From Trichosphaerium sp. ATCC 40318 (Eukaryota > Protista > Tubulinea): a DNA stretch of 64,000 nucleotides. Shown in pieces: positions 1 through 14,602 of this stretch (position 1 is the stretch's first letter; every line of letters begins with the position of its first letter). Position numbers and translations under genes: made by a program. The notes under the pieces were generated by a model that saw nothing but the letters and a program-made list of their open reading frames with translations, was not told where the DNA came from and did no database searches. Where the stretch lies: NCBI GenBank assembly GCA_038496445.1, contig JALMLS010000093.1, positions 861,710-925,709 on the forward strand, written 5' to 3'.

Positions 1-518
1 TCCTGTTTTTCACCTTGAGTAGTCTCAATGACAGGTGCAACATTCTCATTTCCAACACTATATGATATAGTCAGGTATTGTGATTCTTTAACAACATTGA
101 GGTTAGCACAGTGCAGTCCAATGTTTAGTGCTAAAGGTAGGAATAATGTGAGAATACTGTTTTGATTCAATTTGGTTTTTTAGATGTAGTTAAGTTGCTC
201 CTCTACTGCCGGCCTTTAAAAGAGTTTCAATTGGATAAGATAATGTTCAACCTGTTTGATTACCACAAACTATTGCAGTTACCTTTTATCTTTATCATAC
301 AGGAGTATGCTATTGGATATTTAAACATTTTTAAGCAATACAGCATTGCCAGCAAAAGTTGGGAAGATTGTATTGCACAGGTGTAAAAACTCTACAAAAC
401 ACTCCTTTACAATCAACAACTGTTCCTTTTTCACATAGGTCAGTGTAAGTTCCAGCATACAACCGTCATACGATCTTGTAAAATACACTCAAACAAACCA
501 GCAAATCATTGTAGTGTA
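1..518 (+). CDS. 3' part of a spliced hypothetical gene (partial)
   Basis: Short open segments bounded by AG/GT (DVVKLLLYCRPLKEF..., QEYAIGYLNIF..., VSVSSSIQPSYDLVKY...), ending near 518. No recognisable motif. Confidence 0.3.
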
Positions 519-554
519 ATGTTTTTTATTTACAAATTGTACATGATGTTTTAT

Positions 555-3500
555 TTATTCGCCCCAAGCAAAAGCACCAAGCATCCATTTAGAATTATAC
601 ATGTTTTCATCATTATCAGTAGGATCATTAGATGCAGGACTACTTTAAAATTAACCAACATTTTAAACAACTGTAAAAGATTCGTTATTACCTTAGTGTC
701 TCTATTTTGTCATCGTCTGGTGTTTTTAAAATTGGTTTTACTTCAACAGTTGGGGTTTCTGCGTCAGTTTGTTCAGGCACAGGTATTTCAACAGGCACCT
801 CAGGCTCTTTTGGTTCTTCAGGAGGAACAAACACCTTAGGTTTGGATTCAATACTTTCAGTTTCAGCTGCTGGTACTTGTTCTGGCTCAGCGACAGGTGG
901 TGGACTGATTAAGTGTTAGGTGTGCCTACTATGACTTTACGTACACTACAGCTTCTGGTTTTTGATCTTCTACTGGTTCGGTCTCAGGCTGTGCTGGTAC
1001 AGCTACTTGTGCGCGTGCTGCACTCGCTTTTTCTTCTAGCTGTGCCTTTTCTTGTTGCAATGAATCTATCTTAGCGTATGCATCATGCAGCGTTTGGGAT
1101 AGTTTATTCTTTTCTATTACCAAGGTCTGAACAGATGCACCCATCTTAGATTGAGCAATAACACGGTTTTTAAACTCGAGGTTGGCTACACGATTACGAA
1201 TTAGTTGGACCAAATACGACAAACAGGGGAAAAAAAAAGATAAAACTAGGACGTACACATCAATGTGGTATTCTCGTTCATTAGTTGTTCCGTTGTTTTT
1301 GCTTGCTTCCTAGCGGCTTCAATGTATGTGTTAAGCTGTGACTCCAAAGTTTGCTTCTCCCCTTGTAAATCGTTCTTTTGTTGAAGGATGTTGGTGTTTG
1401 CTTCCTTAAGCGCTTTTCGCGCTTTTTCAAGGCTATCAACACGTTCACGAAGAGCTGCAATCTCCTTGGAATCCTCTTGACGTTGCTCTTCCTGTAGACA
1501 ATGAGTTAGTAAGAGTAAAAAAAGGAGAAGTAAGCTTTGGCAAAAAGTTGTTCGTACAGGAACTTCAACCGCTTTTACAGCATCTGCAGACCGTTGCTCC
1601 AATGTATCCTTAGCAGCTTGCAAGTTATCGTTCGTTTGTGCCAAGAGTGCATCTTTTTCGGATACAGTTGCCGTCAAAGACTCAATGTTACCTTCAAGTG
1701 TTTTGATCTTCATCTCAAGTTCCATCTTCTCAAGCAGCGTATGTTGATTTAACTGATGTATCTCTGTAGCGCCTTCTTCCTGCGATTGCATTTCTCTATG
1801 TGCTCGTTGCAATGCTTCATTAACCTTTACAAAATTGTTTGATGTCTGCGCTAGCTGATCACGGGTTTCTTCCAAGGTTTTTTCAAGAGCAGCCTTCTCT
1901 TTAGAAAGCATGTCTATCTCTGCAGTGTTGACACCAATAATATCTTGTTGCTTCTTCACCTCAACCTCTAGTTTGAGCTTTTCAGCCGAGTCATTATTGA
2001 CATTTTGGGCAATGCTAGTACTGAGCATATTGTTCTCTTGCTAAAAAAAGAAAGAACACAGTTAGAATAGAAATAAAAACCACTGGCAAACTCACCTCAA
2101 GCTGCTGGATCCTGGCATCCATTTCTTTTACACGCACGCTGAGTGCTTCCTTCTCAGCGTTTGCAGTTTTGACAGATGAAGTCAGGTTCTCCTCCAACTT
2201 GTCACGTTCATCACGCTATTTCACACGAAGGTTAGTACTAACAACAAGGACTGTTACAACTTACCAAGAATGACAAAGCAAGTTCAGAGCCTTGCTTCGC
2301 TTCAGTTAAACTGACACGATCAGTGCTGAGCGACATTATCTAACACGCAGTGGGTGAGAACAAAGCACTTGAATAAATAACAAAAAAAAATAGTACCTCT
2401 GTTTGAAGACGGTCATTCTGCTCTGTAAGACGCTTAACACTGTCCTGTGCCTCTTTCAATTGCATTTCAAGACGAACAGACGTGACAGTCAACTACAACA
2501 AGCGTTAACACAGAATTACCAAACAAAAAACTACAACAAAAATCAACAAGAAACTGTAACTCACGTGATCTTGATCCTTATTATGCTGTGTCTTGTAGTG
2601 CTCCAGTTGTGTGCTCAAGCTCCTGTTTTCATCCTTAATCCGACTTACTTCACGTTGAAGTGTTACAACGTCATCAGCAGAACGATCTCCTCGCTCAACC
2701 TTGGCTTGCAAGTCGCTAATCTCTTGATTCAACAGCTGCGCTTGATCTCGCAACTTTTGAGCTGCACTTTCGTGATCCTCTGTAAGGTTTTTGACCATAG
2801 CAGTGTGGGACTTCTTTACATCATCTAGCTCTTCTTCAAGTTGCTTGACACGCTCGTCATTTTGTGGAGCATCCAAATTATCTAGTGGATTCACGCCAAA
2901 AGATGGAAGAGCGCCAGAAAATGGGGACAAAGGACCAGCTTGTTCCTTTGCCTTTTCTTGCAGCAATTTTCTCTCCTGCTCCCACTCTTCTTCTTTGATT
3001 TGATACTGCTGAAGTTGTACAGACAAGTTCTCATTCTTGTGGCGTAGGGCATCAATTTCGCCATCACTTTCCCCTGAAACCTACATCACGTTATTAGATA
3101 ATATGACATACCACTAAACCAAAAAGCGAGAACACTTACACCGCCACGGATCTTCTTGAACAGAACCGCGTTTTGGTTCTCAAGACGAGTATTGTTTTCT
3201 CTCGTTTCGTCAAGTAAATCATTAATAGCATCCAATTCACGTTGATGATTAGCTTTTAAGGCTTTAATTTCTCCCTAATCACATCAATTAGAAATAATAA
3301 TAAAAAATGAAGGAGCTTCGTACTTGGGATTCCAAATATTGTGTTTCCTTTCCTGTAGCATTTGTAAGTTCTTGCTTCAACTGTGCAAGTTGAATCTGGA
3401 GCTTGTTATGCTGTTTAGTCTTCTTAGCAAGCCTATTTGTCATTAGCACGCATTTGCGAACGAGTATTGCTTGTCTACGCACTTTTCTTTGAGATCATCA

Positions 3501-6500
3501 ACAATTTGGTTATTTGCTTCCGCACTGGCTTTGGACTGAAACAAAACGTTAACCACACCAGATATTTGGGATTATGTCTTTACCTGCTCCAAGTTGGCAT
3601 ACTCAACTTGCAAACGACCAAGCTCTGCTCTCAAGGTCTCCAACTCATTTTCATCTTCTTCCATGCCAGATACAGAAAATTGCATGGCTTGCATCGCTTC
3701 CATGGCTTGACTAAAGAGATTTAATTTTTAGCAACATGTACGTATTTCAATAGACCAACTAACCTTTGCTGCTCAAGCTTGGTAGATAGCTCTTCATTTT
3801 GCTTGCGTAGTTTATCAAGCTCCTCTACATCCCATTTTTCAGGGGCTTCACCAATACCAGCGAGCTTAGCAGTCAACTCCTCATTTTGTTGTTTTATAGC
3901 ATCTAATTCAGAAGTCTTCCTTTCTAATTCTTCACTGAGCATTTGCACACTTGTAGTCATACTGCTATCGCCACTGGATCCTGACAATGCTGCTAGCTCC
4001 GCTTGTAAGTTATTACGCTCTTCTGTGAGCTAAGCAAAGTTAACAAAAGCGCTATCCAACAAAAATATCATTTGCAACATAGCAACTACAAACCTTAGTT
4101 ATGGTCTCGTCAAACTCACGCTGAGTTTCTCCCAGCTTTTCGTTCACAAATTGTAATTCTTGCACTTGTTGTTCCATTGGTAATAATTCAGTCACCTGTG
4201 CATTGAGCTTAGCAACACGCTCTTCTGCTTGACTCTTTTCGAGTTCCAAATTCTGAATTTGTATCTGAGCGTTTGTAAAATCTAGATGAAACCTTCTTAG
4301 TAAAATAGACAACCACCAAATATCATACCTTTCATACGCGATCGAACATCAATGAGCTCTGCTGTAAGCTCATTGTTTTGACTCATAGCTTCTTCATACG
4401 CGGTATTGATAGCATCACGCTCTTGTCCCAAGGAAGCATTAACATCCTGCAATGTTAAGCACTGTTCACTGTATTGTGATAGCGCAGCTGTAAAAAAATG
4501 TAAGAGTCTTTTCTGGTTCAAGAGGCAACCACATACCGTTTGCCTTCGCACAATCTCCACCAAGTTGCTCACATTGTGTAGTTATTTCTTCAAGCGATTG
4601 AGCTTTTTGTATGTTATCCGACATTAGACGTTTCTTGGCTGCCTTCAATTTTGTATTTTCTGTCTTTAACATTTTAGCAAGTTTTTTTAATTTGCGACAT
4701 TCTAGAGCAAGGCCTTTTCCTTTCTCCACCAATGTCTCTTGCATTTCTTCCAAGTGAGTGATTTTCTCTTGCATCATCTCCTTTTCGCCCTCGTTTTGGT
4801 CATTTATCTGGACATTCAATAATTCAAGCTTCTCCAATGCTTCATCGCGTTCTTGTTGAAGTACATTGGCAGCCTCATTTAACTCTTGTTCAGTAGCAGT
4901 AGCAGCTTGTAATAACTTGTTGACTTCATCATACTTGTTGTTTACAGAATCCAACTGCTCCTAAAAGACTTGTAAGCAAAATATACAGACGTTGTAAACT
5001 TTACATTTCCAGCTTTTTAGTTGCCAAATTGTACCTTGTGGTCAGTCGCAAGTTGCGCTCTTGCTGCTTCGAATTGTGCTTCTAGACCTGCGCGCTCATC
5101 GAGCCAAGATTTTTCTGCTTCGCCATGCTTTAGTACCTTTGCAGCTAAAGCAGACCGCTCGAGGTCTAATGAGTATACATCGCTTTCGTGTGCCTCTTGT
5201 TGTGTTTTTAAACCAGTGACTTCGTCTTCAAGTGCTGTTTTAGTAACTTGGAGCTCATCAACAGTCTCTTGAAGTTGTTTGTTCTTGCCAAGCAATTCCT
5301 CTACAGAGTCTTCCAGTTCTTGAGTTTTGTCTGCCTGTGCAGCACGGTCTTGTAACTCTTTTATACTCTCTGCAAATTCGTCACGTTGGCGAATAGCATC
5401 TGCGTGATCTGTTTGCAGAGTGTCATATAAGTGCTGCTGACCCTGTAGTTGGGTGATAAGGTCAAGGTTCTCAGTCTCCATCTTCTCAATGTTTCGGTGA
5501 AGTTCTGCCATTTCGTCCACCTTACCTTGGTACGCCTCCTCAATACGGACCATCCTATCGACCAGCCCCTGCGTCTTAGCTATTAACGCATCACTACTGG
5601 CTTTGCGTGCTTCCAACTCATTGTTTGCATCACTGAGCTGTGTCTGCAAGTCCTGTATTGCCATATTCTTGTTCTCACTACCAGCCACTTGTTCTTTTAA
5701 TGTTGTAATTTCAGTTTCATACAGTTGCAACTAGCTTGTATTTAGCAAAAATCCTCAACTTCTTTGTGCCACTTTTGCGTACTTGTGCAGCCTGCTCATT
5801 CGTCTTACTATGCAGTGCTTCGACCTTCTCCTTTTCTCTCTTGGCCAAGGCTTTGTATTGCCCCATTAGTTTTTTTAATTTAGCCACAGCTGTTGGAGAC
5901 GCCGTAGGAGATTTTGTGCTATCATCAAGTTGCTATGAACAAAAATTAGTAAAAATTGGTTACAAACATAACAAACCTTTTCAACTGAAACTTTTGCCTT
6001 CGTTGCTGCGTCCTAACAAAACAAGTCAAACCAAAACAACCGCGTTTAAATTTCTTCACTAGAGAACAGCACGTACCACTTGATCCAGTAGATATTGCCT
6101 CTCAGTAGCAAAAGCATTGTTCTTCTCTTGCAAATCAGTGATAACATCTTCTGTTTTAGTCAATTGATCACGCAATGCTGTAACTTCAGCAGTAGCAGTG
6201 GCAAGGGATCCTTGCAACTCTGCCAATTCAGCAGAGGTGTCCTCACTTTCTACTTGGGTTGTTTGCGCCAACAATGTTTCGAGTTCTTCGCACTTGCGTG
6301 CAAGGGCATCGCGCTCATCCAATAATTCAAAATCAGCACCAAGATCATTTAGATCATTGCTTTGCTGTTGAGCTTCAATTGCAGCAAGGTCACCGGTTAG
6401 CTTGATGTTTTGAAGCTTAAACTGATCTCGTTCTTCTTGGAGTGCTTTGAGATCCTTTAGCTTTTCTTTTACATCAGCCAGTTGCTCCAGTTCCCACTGT

Positions 6501-9500
6501 AGCGCTGCATTCTCCTTGACAAGATCTACAGATGGCTCTTCGTTTTCCAGCTCTTCAAGTTTTTCTTTCAACTGAGCATTCTCAGCCTGCAACTCTTCAA
6601 CATTTGAAGATGCACCAAAGGCGTCGTCAGTCATCCAATCATCAGCTGGAGTAGCACTCTTTTCAGCAAGTTCTTGCTGTAAGGCAGTGTTTTCTTCCCG
6701 CAACTTCTTAAGCTCGGCCTCCTTGGTTGCATCGCTCTATTTGGTCCGGTTAGAATACTAGGAGATGAACAAATAATCGTACAGCTTTTTTCTTCTTGAT
6801 AATCAGTCGAAGCTTTTTAGCAGTGGTTTCGAGGCCTGTTAATTTACGCTCAAGCTCAGAGCTGTTTGCAACCAACACTTCGTTTTCCTGTATTCACAAA
6901 AGTTAGACTACAAAAGGAATTTTGAACTACCTCTGTTGCGCGATTAGCACGCTCTAAAGCGGCTTGGGCATCGGTGGTTAATTTACCAACTTGCTCTTCT
7001 TTAGATTCTAAGAGCTGCTTTAAGCCCTTAGTCTCTTCTGTTAAAATAGGGACGAGCTGGAGGCAATCATTAGTTTACAATAGTCGCTTATGTAAAAAGG
7101 TCAATAAAATACCTGTGCATCACTGGCTGCACTCTCATAGTCTTGTTTGTATTTATTTGAAGACTGAATGGCCTCTTCCAACTTTGATGCAAGCTCTGAT
7201 ATTTTTTTCTTTGCATTCTAAGAACAAGAGTTGGCGATGAAATAATTGACCCAGAAGCAAATCATACCTTATCACTTTCCAAACTCTCCTTTTTGAGAGT
7301 ATCCAATTCGCGCTTAGCTTCCTTAAGTCCTTTATTCTCTTGTTCTAGAGCATGTTCACGAGCTTTTTGTGATTTTTGTAGCGCATCTAGGCTAGCTTTG
7401 GCTTGTTCCACTTCTTTCAACTTATCCGTCTGGCAATGCAATTAGCAAAAAAAGGACAAAACAATTTGAAGTTTCGCCTTTGCAGAAAAGACAATGTACC
7501 TTAGTGTTTACTTCTTTTTGTAAACGCTTCGCATGTCGTTTATATTTACCAACTTCTTCAACGTGTTTTTTTTGGCTAGCTTGCATAGACGCCAACTTAT
7601 CGTCTAGTTCTACCTTGGACTTTTCCAGGTTGGCAATCTTAGACTTCATTTCGCTGTTCTCCTTATTTAAGCCTACAAAACAAGTCAGAATAACCAACAA
7701 AAAAACCAGGTGACATTTAGACAGTCAATAATTACAACGTACGTTCCAAGTTGGCAGTATTTTGAATGAGAACTTTTCTATCTGGTACTACTGCAGCGAT
7801 ACTAATTGACTTTTCTTTCCAGTGTTCCTTCTCATGCAATAACTCCTTGCACTTCCGAGCTAGTTGATTTTTTTCCTAATGAAAATGTCAACCGAAAGTA
7901 AGTTTACAATATAATATTAACATACTTTAGAAACAGCTTTGTGGTTCTCAAGAAATTCTTCCATTTCGCCTTCAAGTGTGTCCTTTTCATTTCTAAATCT
8001 CATTTAACAACACGAACAAAGACTGTTTAAAAGATAAAAAGAAACCTACTTCAGTTCATCGCGTTCTTTTAGTAACACTAGGACCTGATCTTCAAGTACC
8101 GCTATAGCCTTTCGTGACACTGACACCTTAAAAATGATTAGATTATAAACGATTGGATATCAAATACAAGTATCAAGTGCGTACCTGATCAGTGGGGAAT
8201 GGTTGCTTGTAAACAGTAGGCGGCTCTGGATCATCTTCAGTTGCAACAGGGATACCGAATTCATTGTTTACCCAACCATTCTGGTGGTTAATTGGCGTTG
8301 TGGCAGAAGACTAAAGTCAAAAAAAATTAGCAAATTTGTTTTCAATTCTGAATTTAAAAAAAAGTTTACCCAATCTTCAGCGTGCCCTCCGTTTGGCTTT
8401 GCTCCGGGAGGTGTAGCAAACAAGCGCCCAGCAGGGGTGTTGAAATAGTTCATCGCTAGACATACAAATAAGCACAAATTACTCAGTAAAACAGGTCGAT
8501 TTGTTGCACATACCAGGAGCAACAGCAACTTCTTCTGTTGCTGGAGTGGTAATATCATGTATGCTCACGAATTCTTCATCACCTTCATCAGAGTCACTGC
8601 TTTGCTACTCGGATCTTAAGTACTTGATAACAATAATACTAAAAGCGTACAGCCACAGTAGGGATAAATCCTGGTGTTAGATCAATTTGTGGAAGTTCTT
8701 TCTTCTCTTGCTGTACAGTAGGTGACATGGCGCCATTGGCCGTAGTAGGTAATACATTGTCATTTACCGCGATTACTTCCTCAGGCTTGCCAACAGAGGG
8801 AGGAGGTGCGGTATACATTTCCTCAGTGTTGGCAACAGGAACAGCACTGTGCTCAGTTTGCGGAGATTTTACTGAAGTTAATTTCCTAGGTTTACGCTTC
8901 CGCATGGCTCTCTTTTCACGTTTTTCACGTTTCTCACGCTTGATATCTTCAATGAATTAATTACACTGCACCAAAAAAAAAGTTGAAAACCGTACCCTCC
9001 TTTGTTGGCAAAACTGCATCAAAGCTCTCTTCCATGGCTGTCATGTATCCTGCACTGTCAACACTCGCAGTCATTACCGAAGGATCCAAAGAAAGTGGCT
9101 GCTCATTCAGCACAATACCAAAGCCAGTATCGCCGAAGTAATCAGTTGATGGACCAACATCTACTTCTGGCTCGTTTGAATTTTCCATAACAAATGTTGG
9201 TGCACTTGGCCCTTCTGGATCCACACCAATCTGAGGCACACTTGCAGGCATAGTAGGTACATCACCAAACGACTGATTTTCGCCAGCAATGAATGTCTGA
9301 GGCGCATTTACTGTATCATCGGCCTTTTCGTGATCTGAAGCTGTGCCATCAACTTCAATTTCTTTTTGAATAGGTAATGGAGTCGGAGCAAATCCCTCAT
9401 CGTGTGATGGCGTAATCTGAGGTATAAATGGTTGTGGTTGTGGTACAATAGCAGGTACATCCTGTACAACAGGAATATCGGCAGTGCCTACTGTTGGCAT

Positions 9501-10130
9501 CCCTTGGTCGACTTCTGTAGTTGGAACTGTTTCAGCCGGTACAAGCGGTACAAAAGGAGTCGCTGGCTAATAGTACAATAAGTTGATAGTTTAATTTACA
9601 AAAACTTCCTTGTCGTACTTGTTCAACCGGCGTTGAAGGCGTTAGCACTTTTGGTTGTTTAGCTTCTTCTTCTCTCTTTTTAGCAGCTTCCATCTCACGC
9701 CTTTCTTTTCTAGTCATGACGCGGTCTTGCTGAGGGCGTGGAGCTCCCATTGTAAAAGTAGTTATAGAGCTTTGCGCGGTTGAGAGCAAAGGTGCAACGA
9801 ATCCAATGGCTAAAATTGTGAGCTGACAGTTCGTTTTCATTTTTTACTGAGGTGACAAGTACCTGATGAAGTCGCTGAAGGAGCGGCATTACGTGCACGG
9901 CCCCTTTTGCGCCGTGTCCTGGTTTTTTTAGGATTTTTCGAGCTCTTCTACAAAAAATAAGAAATTGCGAGTTTTTGATGATTAATAGATACGTACAGGT
10001 GGCCCACTAGATGTAGGTGGCGGTCCTAGGCGAGTGAAAATGTTAGTTAACGCTGCAAACTTTTTTTTATTATGACAAATTGAAAAAGTAATTGTTTGAT
10101 GTCCAAACTGTGTAACGCACCACTGGACAT
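555..10130 (-). CDS. Very large multi-exon coiled-coil protein (golgin/myosin-tail-like) with Pro/acidic low-complexity N- and C-terminal regions
   Basis: Dozens of minus-strand E/K/Q/L heptad-rich exons separated by ~45-90 nt GT-AG introns. ATG at 10130 (MSSGPPPTSS...); last exon ends ...SKWMLGAFAWGE* at 555. Confidence 0.8.
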
Positions 10131-10500
10131 GTGAATATATCAATTTAAGCCTTGAACATAAACAAATGCTGTGAATAATATCTAAAGTAGCGTTAATACC
10201 AAAAAAAGGCTATGCGCGGCGTAGTGTACACGCTCGCACCAAGGAGGATGATAACAAAAAACAAGAGAAACACTTTACAATTATTGTTTTTCGCTTGTAC
10301 TACTTACGCAATTTACAACGTCACCAAAACTACAATTCTTGCTTTTCGGTGTTTGCCTACGTGTTTTTTCTAAAGTCCTAACATTTTGACTTTTTTGACA
10401 CGGCGCGTTTTTTTCTCGCAAAGGGTCACACAAAAATTTTGTTGGCAAACTCTTTTATTGTTTCAAACAGCACCCTTCACAATAACGAAGTAGGTTAAAC

Positions 10501-11707
10501 ATGTACAGGCACCAGTACGACAGCGACATAACCATCTGGTCGCCTCAGGGCCGCATACATCAGGTTGAGTACGCCATGGAGGCCGTTAATCAAGGCTACG
10601 CCTGCGTTGGTTTAAAATCTAAAACACACGCTGTTATTTGCGCCCTACAACGCGCCAGTTCAGAGCTCGCGTCTTACCAACGCAAGATCTTCGAAATAGA
10701 TGATCACGTTGGTATTTCTATCGCTGGTTTAACAGCTGACGCAAGAGTACTGTGCAAATTCATGCGCACTGAGTGTTTAACGCACAAATACACGTATGGA
10801 TCGCCTATTGTGGGTAGCAGATTGCTCAAGCGCGTTGCAGACAGTATCCCACCCAACTAATTTTTTGTTACTTTTTTTTTAAACGGCCAAAACCACAAAA
10901 CAATCAATGATTGCGCTTGTGTGGCCACCTAAAGCTCCTTAACGAAACCTTGAATCCCAAGTTAACACACAACGTTATGGTAGAAGACCTTATGGTGTAG
11001 GATTATTAGTGATTGCTCATGATGTACGTACTAGTAGATAGATATTGTTTTATTGGTCTTTTTTTTTTTGTTCAATTTGTAACTTATTTCCTTGTTTCAG
11101 CAAAATGGACCTCATTTGTACGAATCATCTCCTTCTGGCAATTACTATGACTTCAAAGCACAAGTACAGTCATTGTATTTTTTTGTAGTGTTAACGTGGC
11201 TCAGGCAATTGGCAGACGCTCCCAATCATGCAAGACATATCTTGAAAAAAATTTCGAAAAATTTGAGTCCTGTACGCTTGTTTGATGCGAAAGAAGCCGT
11301 ATAACTTATTCACATATAGTGTCTTTGGATTCACTTGTTAAGCACGGCCTCCGATCCCTTCGCGAAGCTTTGGCACGCGAAAAAGATAAGGATAAGGTAA
11401 ATTTCTTTACTGCTTTTTTTAAATTCTTTTGTCTAATCGTTGCGTACCCAGGAACCTATTGAGCTTACTTTGAAGAACTGCAGTGTCGGTATTGTTGGTG
11501 AGGGACAAAAATTCAAGATCCTCAGCGGTGACGACCTCCGACCTTACGTGCGTTTACACACCATTTCTTTACGAAGTGTCAAAATTATAAATGACAAGTT
11601 TACATTTTACCAACACCTCGCATCTACTCACCTACTTCCAGATTTTGGGAATTGATGACCAAGATGATGATGAAGAAGAAAACACTGGCATGGATACGAG
11701 CTCATAA
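10501..11707 (+). CDS. PSMA1: 20S proteasome subunit alpha type-1 (alpha6)
   Basis: [29 protein letters not shown] alpha-subunit signature; [15 protein letters not shown]; [19 protein letters not shown]; acidic tail ending MDTSS*. Confidence 0.95.
10844..10952 (+). other. Putative U12-type (minor spliceosome) intron with GT-TG termini
   Basis: 5' GTATCC; branch TCCTTAAC at 10936-10943. Splicing to 10953 restores the conserved D-K-S-Q-V-N-T-Q. Confidence 0.65.
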
Positions 11708-11961
11708 ACTTGTACAAAACACGCACCGTTTGGACACCTCTTATAAAATGTATTTGTGTGCAATTTAAAATAAACACCCTTTAAAAACCCGCAAGACTAA
11801 TATAATAAACGCAATGCATGCTTTTTAAAACAAAGCAAATGGTTGGAAACAAAACGACTAACTGACAATTATTCGTGTTTTATTTTTATTACAAAGTTTG
11901 ACTCGTTTTTTGTTTTTGGTTTTTTTTTTTGAAAACTGATCAATTCTGCCAAACAACAAAC

Positions 11962-13302
11962 ATGGCTAATAACAAGTACAAAGTTGTACTCCTTGGTGAA
12001 GGTAAAGGAATTACAGCTTGTAGCCACGTAATTATTTAACCCCAATTGTCGCTAGGGTCTGTGGGTAAATCCTCTGTCTTTATGATGTGGACTCAACGCA
12101 AGTTTAATCCTAAACACATTGAAACAATGCAAGCCACATTTAAGGAACAGGTAGTACGCCTACCAACCGGTAAACGTTGCACAGTGGCACTTTGGGTAAG
12201 TAAACAGCCTCAACAGCAAAAAAAAAAAGCCAAACAAATCAAATAATTTGATAAACGTGAACAAACGCTTAAAACATTTGCTTACGTGCGCCAATATTCT
12301 TGAAATAGATGTATTGGTCTTTCTGCGAGAGCTACACTTTTTCCTATATAACATACATCACTGACAGCCTCTCCTAGGATACCGCTGGCCAAGAGAGGTA
12401 CAAATAAGGACTAAAAGAAAAAAAAGAACAACGCTAGGCTAATTACTAACTAACTACAGGTTCCACGCATTAAGTCCAATCTACTACAGAGACGCCAATG
12501 GTAACATGATCGGTTTTATTCAATAATTTCCTGTGTATTTGCGTTTGACGTTTTTCAAAAAAATCAAACCAGAATACGACTGACATTTCTCAACGCTCAG
12601 TTGTTGCCCAAAAAATATTGCGGTCACGCTCCCATTAATTTTTTAGCGACGACAAGCAAAGTCTTAGTGTCATTTATTACTGAGAAATCTTTTTTTTTTT
12701 TGGAAATACCGTAATCCTCCTGACATATTTTGGTAGGCGCTATCCTTGTTTACGACATTACAGACAATAAATCTTTCACAAGGGTAACAAACTGGGTAAA
12801 GGAGTTACGCTCAGTGCGCGGAAACGACATTGACCTCGTGATTGCTGGTAACAAGATAGACTTAGAAAAACATCGTGCTGTTAACAAGGACGAAGCTATA
12901 GCGTGAGTAGCTGCTTCAATGTATTTCATAATAACTAACCACTTGCATCACAGTTACGCTAAAACTCAAGGAGCAGAGCACTTTGATACATCAGCAAAAT
13001 TGAACAAAGGAATCCACGAATTATTCGGCAATTTAGCAAAGAGTGCGTAACCTCTGCCAATCTGGTTGATCCACGTTAACGTATTTTTTTGCAGAGATGA
13101 TGGAACACGGAGACAAAGGTCCAGGAAACACTAAAAAGCACGTGCAATTGCCATTGATTGCAGTTTTTTAATATTCCATTTTTATCTTGCGAAGAAAAAA
13201 AACTAACTGATCCTATGCAGACGTTCCGAGCGTACCCTAATTATCGACAACACATCTCCGGAACCAAGGAGAACTGGTGGATCATGCTGTGGATCATCAT
13301 AA
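11962..13302 (+). CDS. RAB21: Rab21-like small GTPase
   Basis: [50 protein letters not shown], DTSAK and C-terminal CCGSS prenylation motif. The last intron appears to be GC-AG (13138-13220). Confidence 0.9.
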
Positions 13303-13424
13303 TATGCCGTGTATAACGTTCTTCCCACGTTCAATAGCAAAACTCAATTTGTAATCTACGTGTAAATAATTCCATAAAGTATCAGTCAACATTAAACAAA
13401 GACAATTTTATTTTTTTGTTGATC

Positions 13425-14414
13425 ATGGCAACTGAAGCAAACGAGCAGAATTTGTACGAGCAGAAAAGTGTTAAAGCAGGCAATGTAAGTTTGACGCTGT
13501 GGATGCGTCGCGCAAGCACTGGTGGGGCATGTGGTGGGCCTTCAAACTCATCTTCTGACGCCCCTGACAATTTTGGATTGGACATGTGGTCGTACGCTAT
13601 TTTATGTGGTTTTTGATGCTAAACACGCGTGTTTATATCTGCTTTGGTACTTGCAAATAGTTTACAAGCGTTAATTAACACTTCAGACGCTATTAAACCG
13701 CGTGGAGATAGCGTGATTGAACTTGGGTGCGGATTGGGTGTTGTTGGTGCGTTTTGATATCCTCACGTTACAAACGGATGTAAACAGATCCTTACAGTGA
13801 GAATCAGGTATTGCTTGTGCCAAAATGCTGCAAGCGAAACGAATTACCAACATTGACGTTTGTATATCTGATCGCGATCAAAAAGCCCTGGACTTGGCGA
13901 GCAAGAATATAGCGACAAACAAACTCGATGACGTATGCAAAGCAATCAAACTCGACTGGGCCAATCTATCTGAGTGCCCCAAATATAATCTGATACTGGG
14001 TACACTGATCACGTGATCGTATCAACAAGAATTACGTTAACACTTACCCAATTTCAGGTGCAGATATAATTTACGTTTCAACAATGGTACTTCGCTCACT
14101 TTTAACACAACTGACATTAATTAAATTAGGTCAAGCCATTATTGGATACCATATGGTCCATCCTCGCGCCATCTGGCTTATGTTTGTTGTGTCATCCTCT
14201 CAGGTACTCAGTTATAGGTATTGACGAGAGGGGCAAGGCAATACAGGAGTCCACAGATACTGTCCTAGAAAAGTTCATGAGAGAATTAGGCTCTTACAAA
14301 CCGCTACTGTATTGTTTACAACTGGCCGAGGTAGTGTATAACAATGATACGCACAGAGTGCTGGCCATTGCCTTCGATAAAAGCGTTCTTGACCAACTTG
14401 GAGAAAAAATGTAA
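13425..14414 (+). CDS. Seven-beta-strand protein lysine methyltransferase (METTL21/Methyltransf_16 family)
   Basis: FGLDMW..SALVLA, VIELGCGLGVVG (motif I), ISDRD, LDW and ILGADIIY motifs across spliced exons. Confidence 0.85.
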
Positions 14415-14602
14415 CATTCCAAAAATAAAGCTGTAAACGCTTTAATAGATACAATTTGAAAGGGCAACACGTGTTACCAAGATTTCTCTCCGTTCCAAAC
14501 AATGTTCAGTGATTGCACGTTGCATGATGCAATGTTACCAAAAAACTTCGTGACTTAACCAGTTTTACGGGTATTCACCATAATTACAACACAACAGGGA
14601 CA

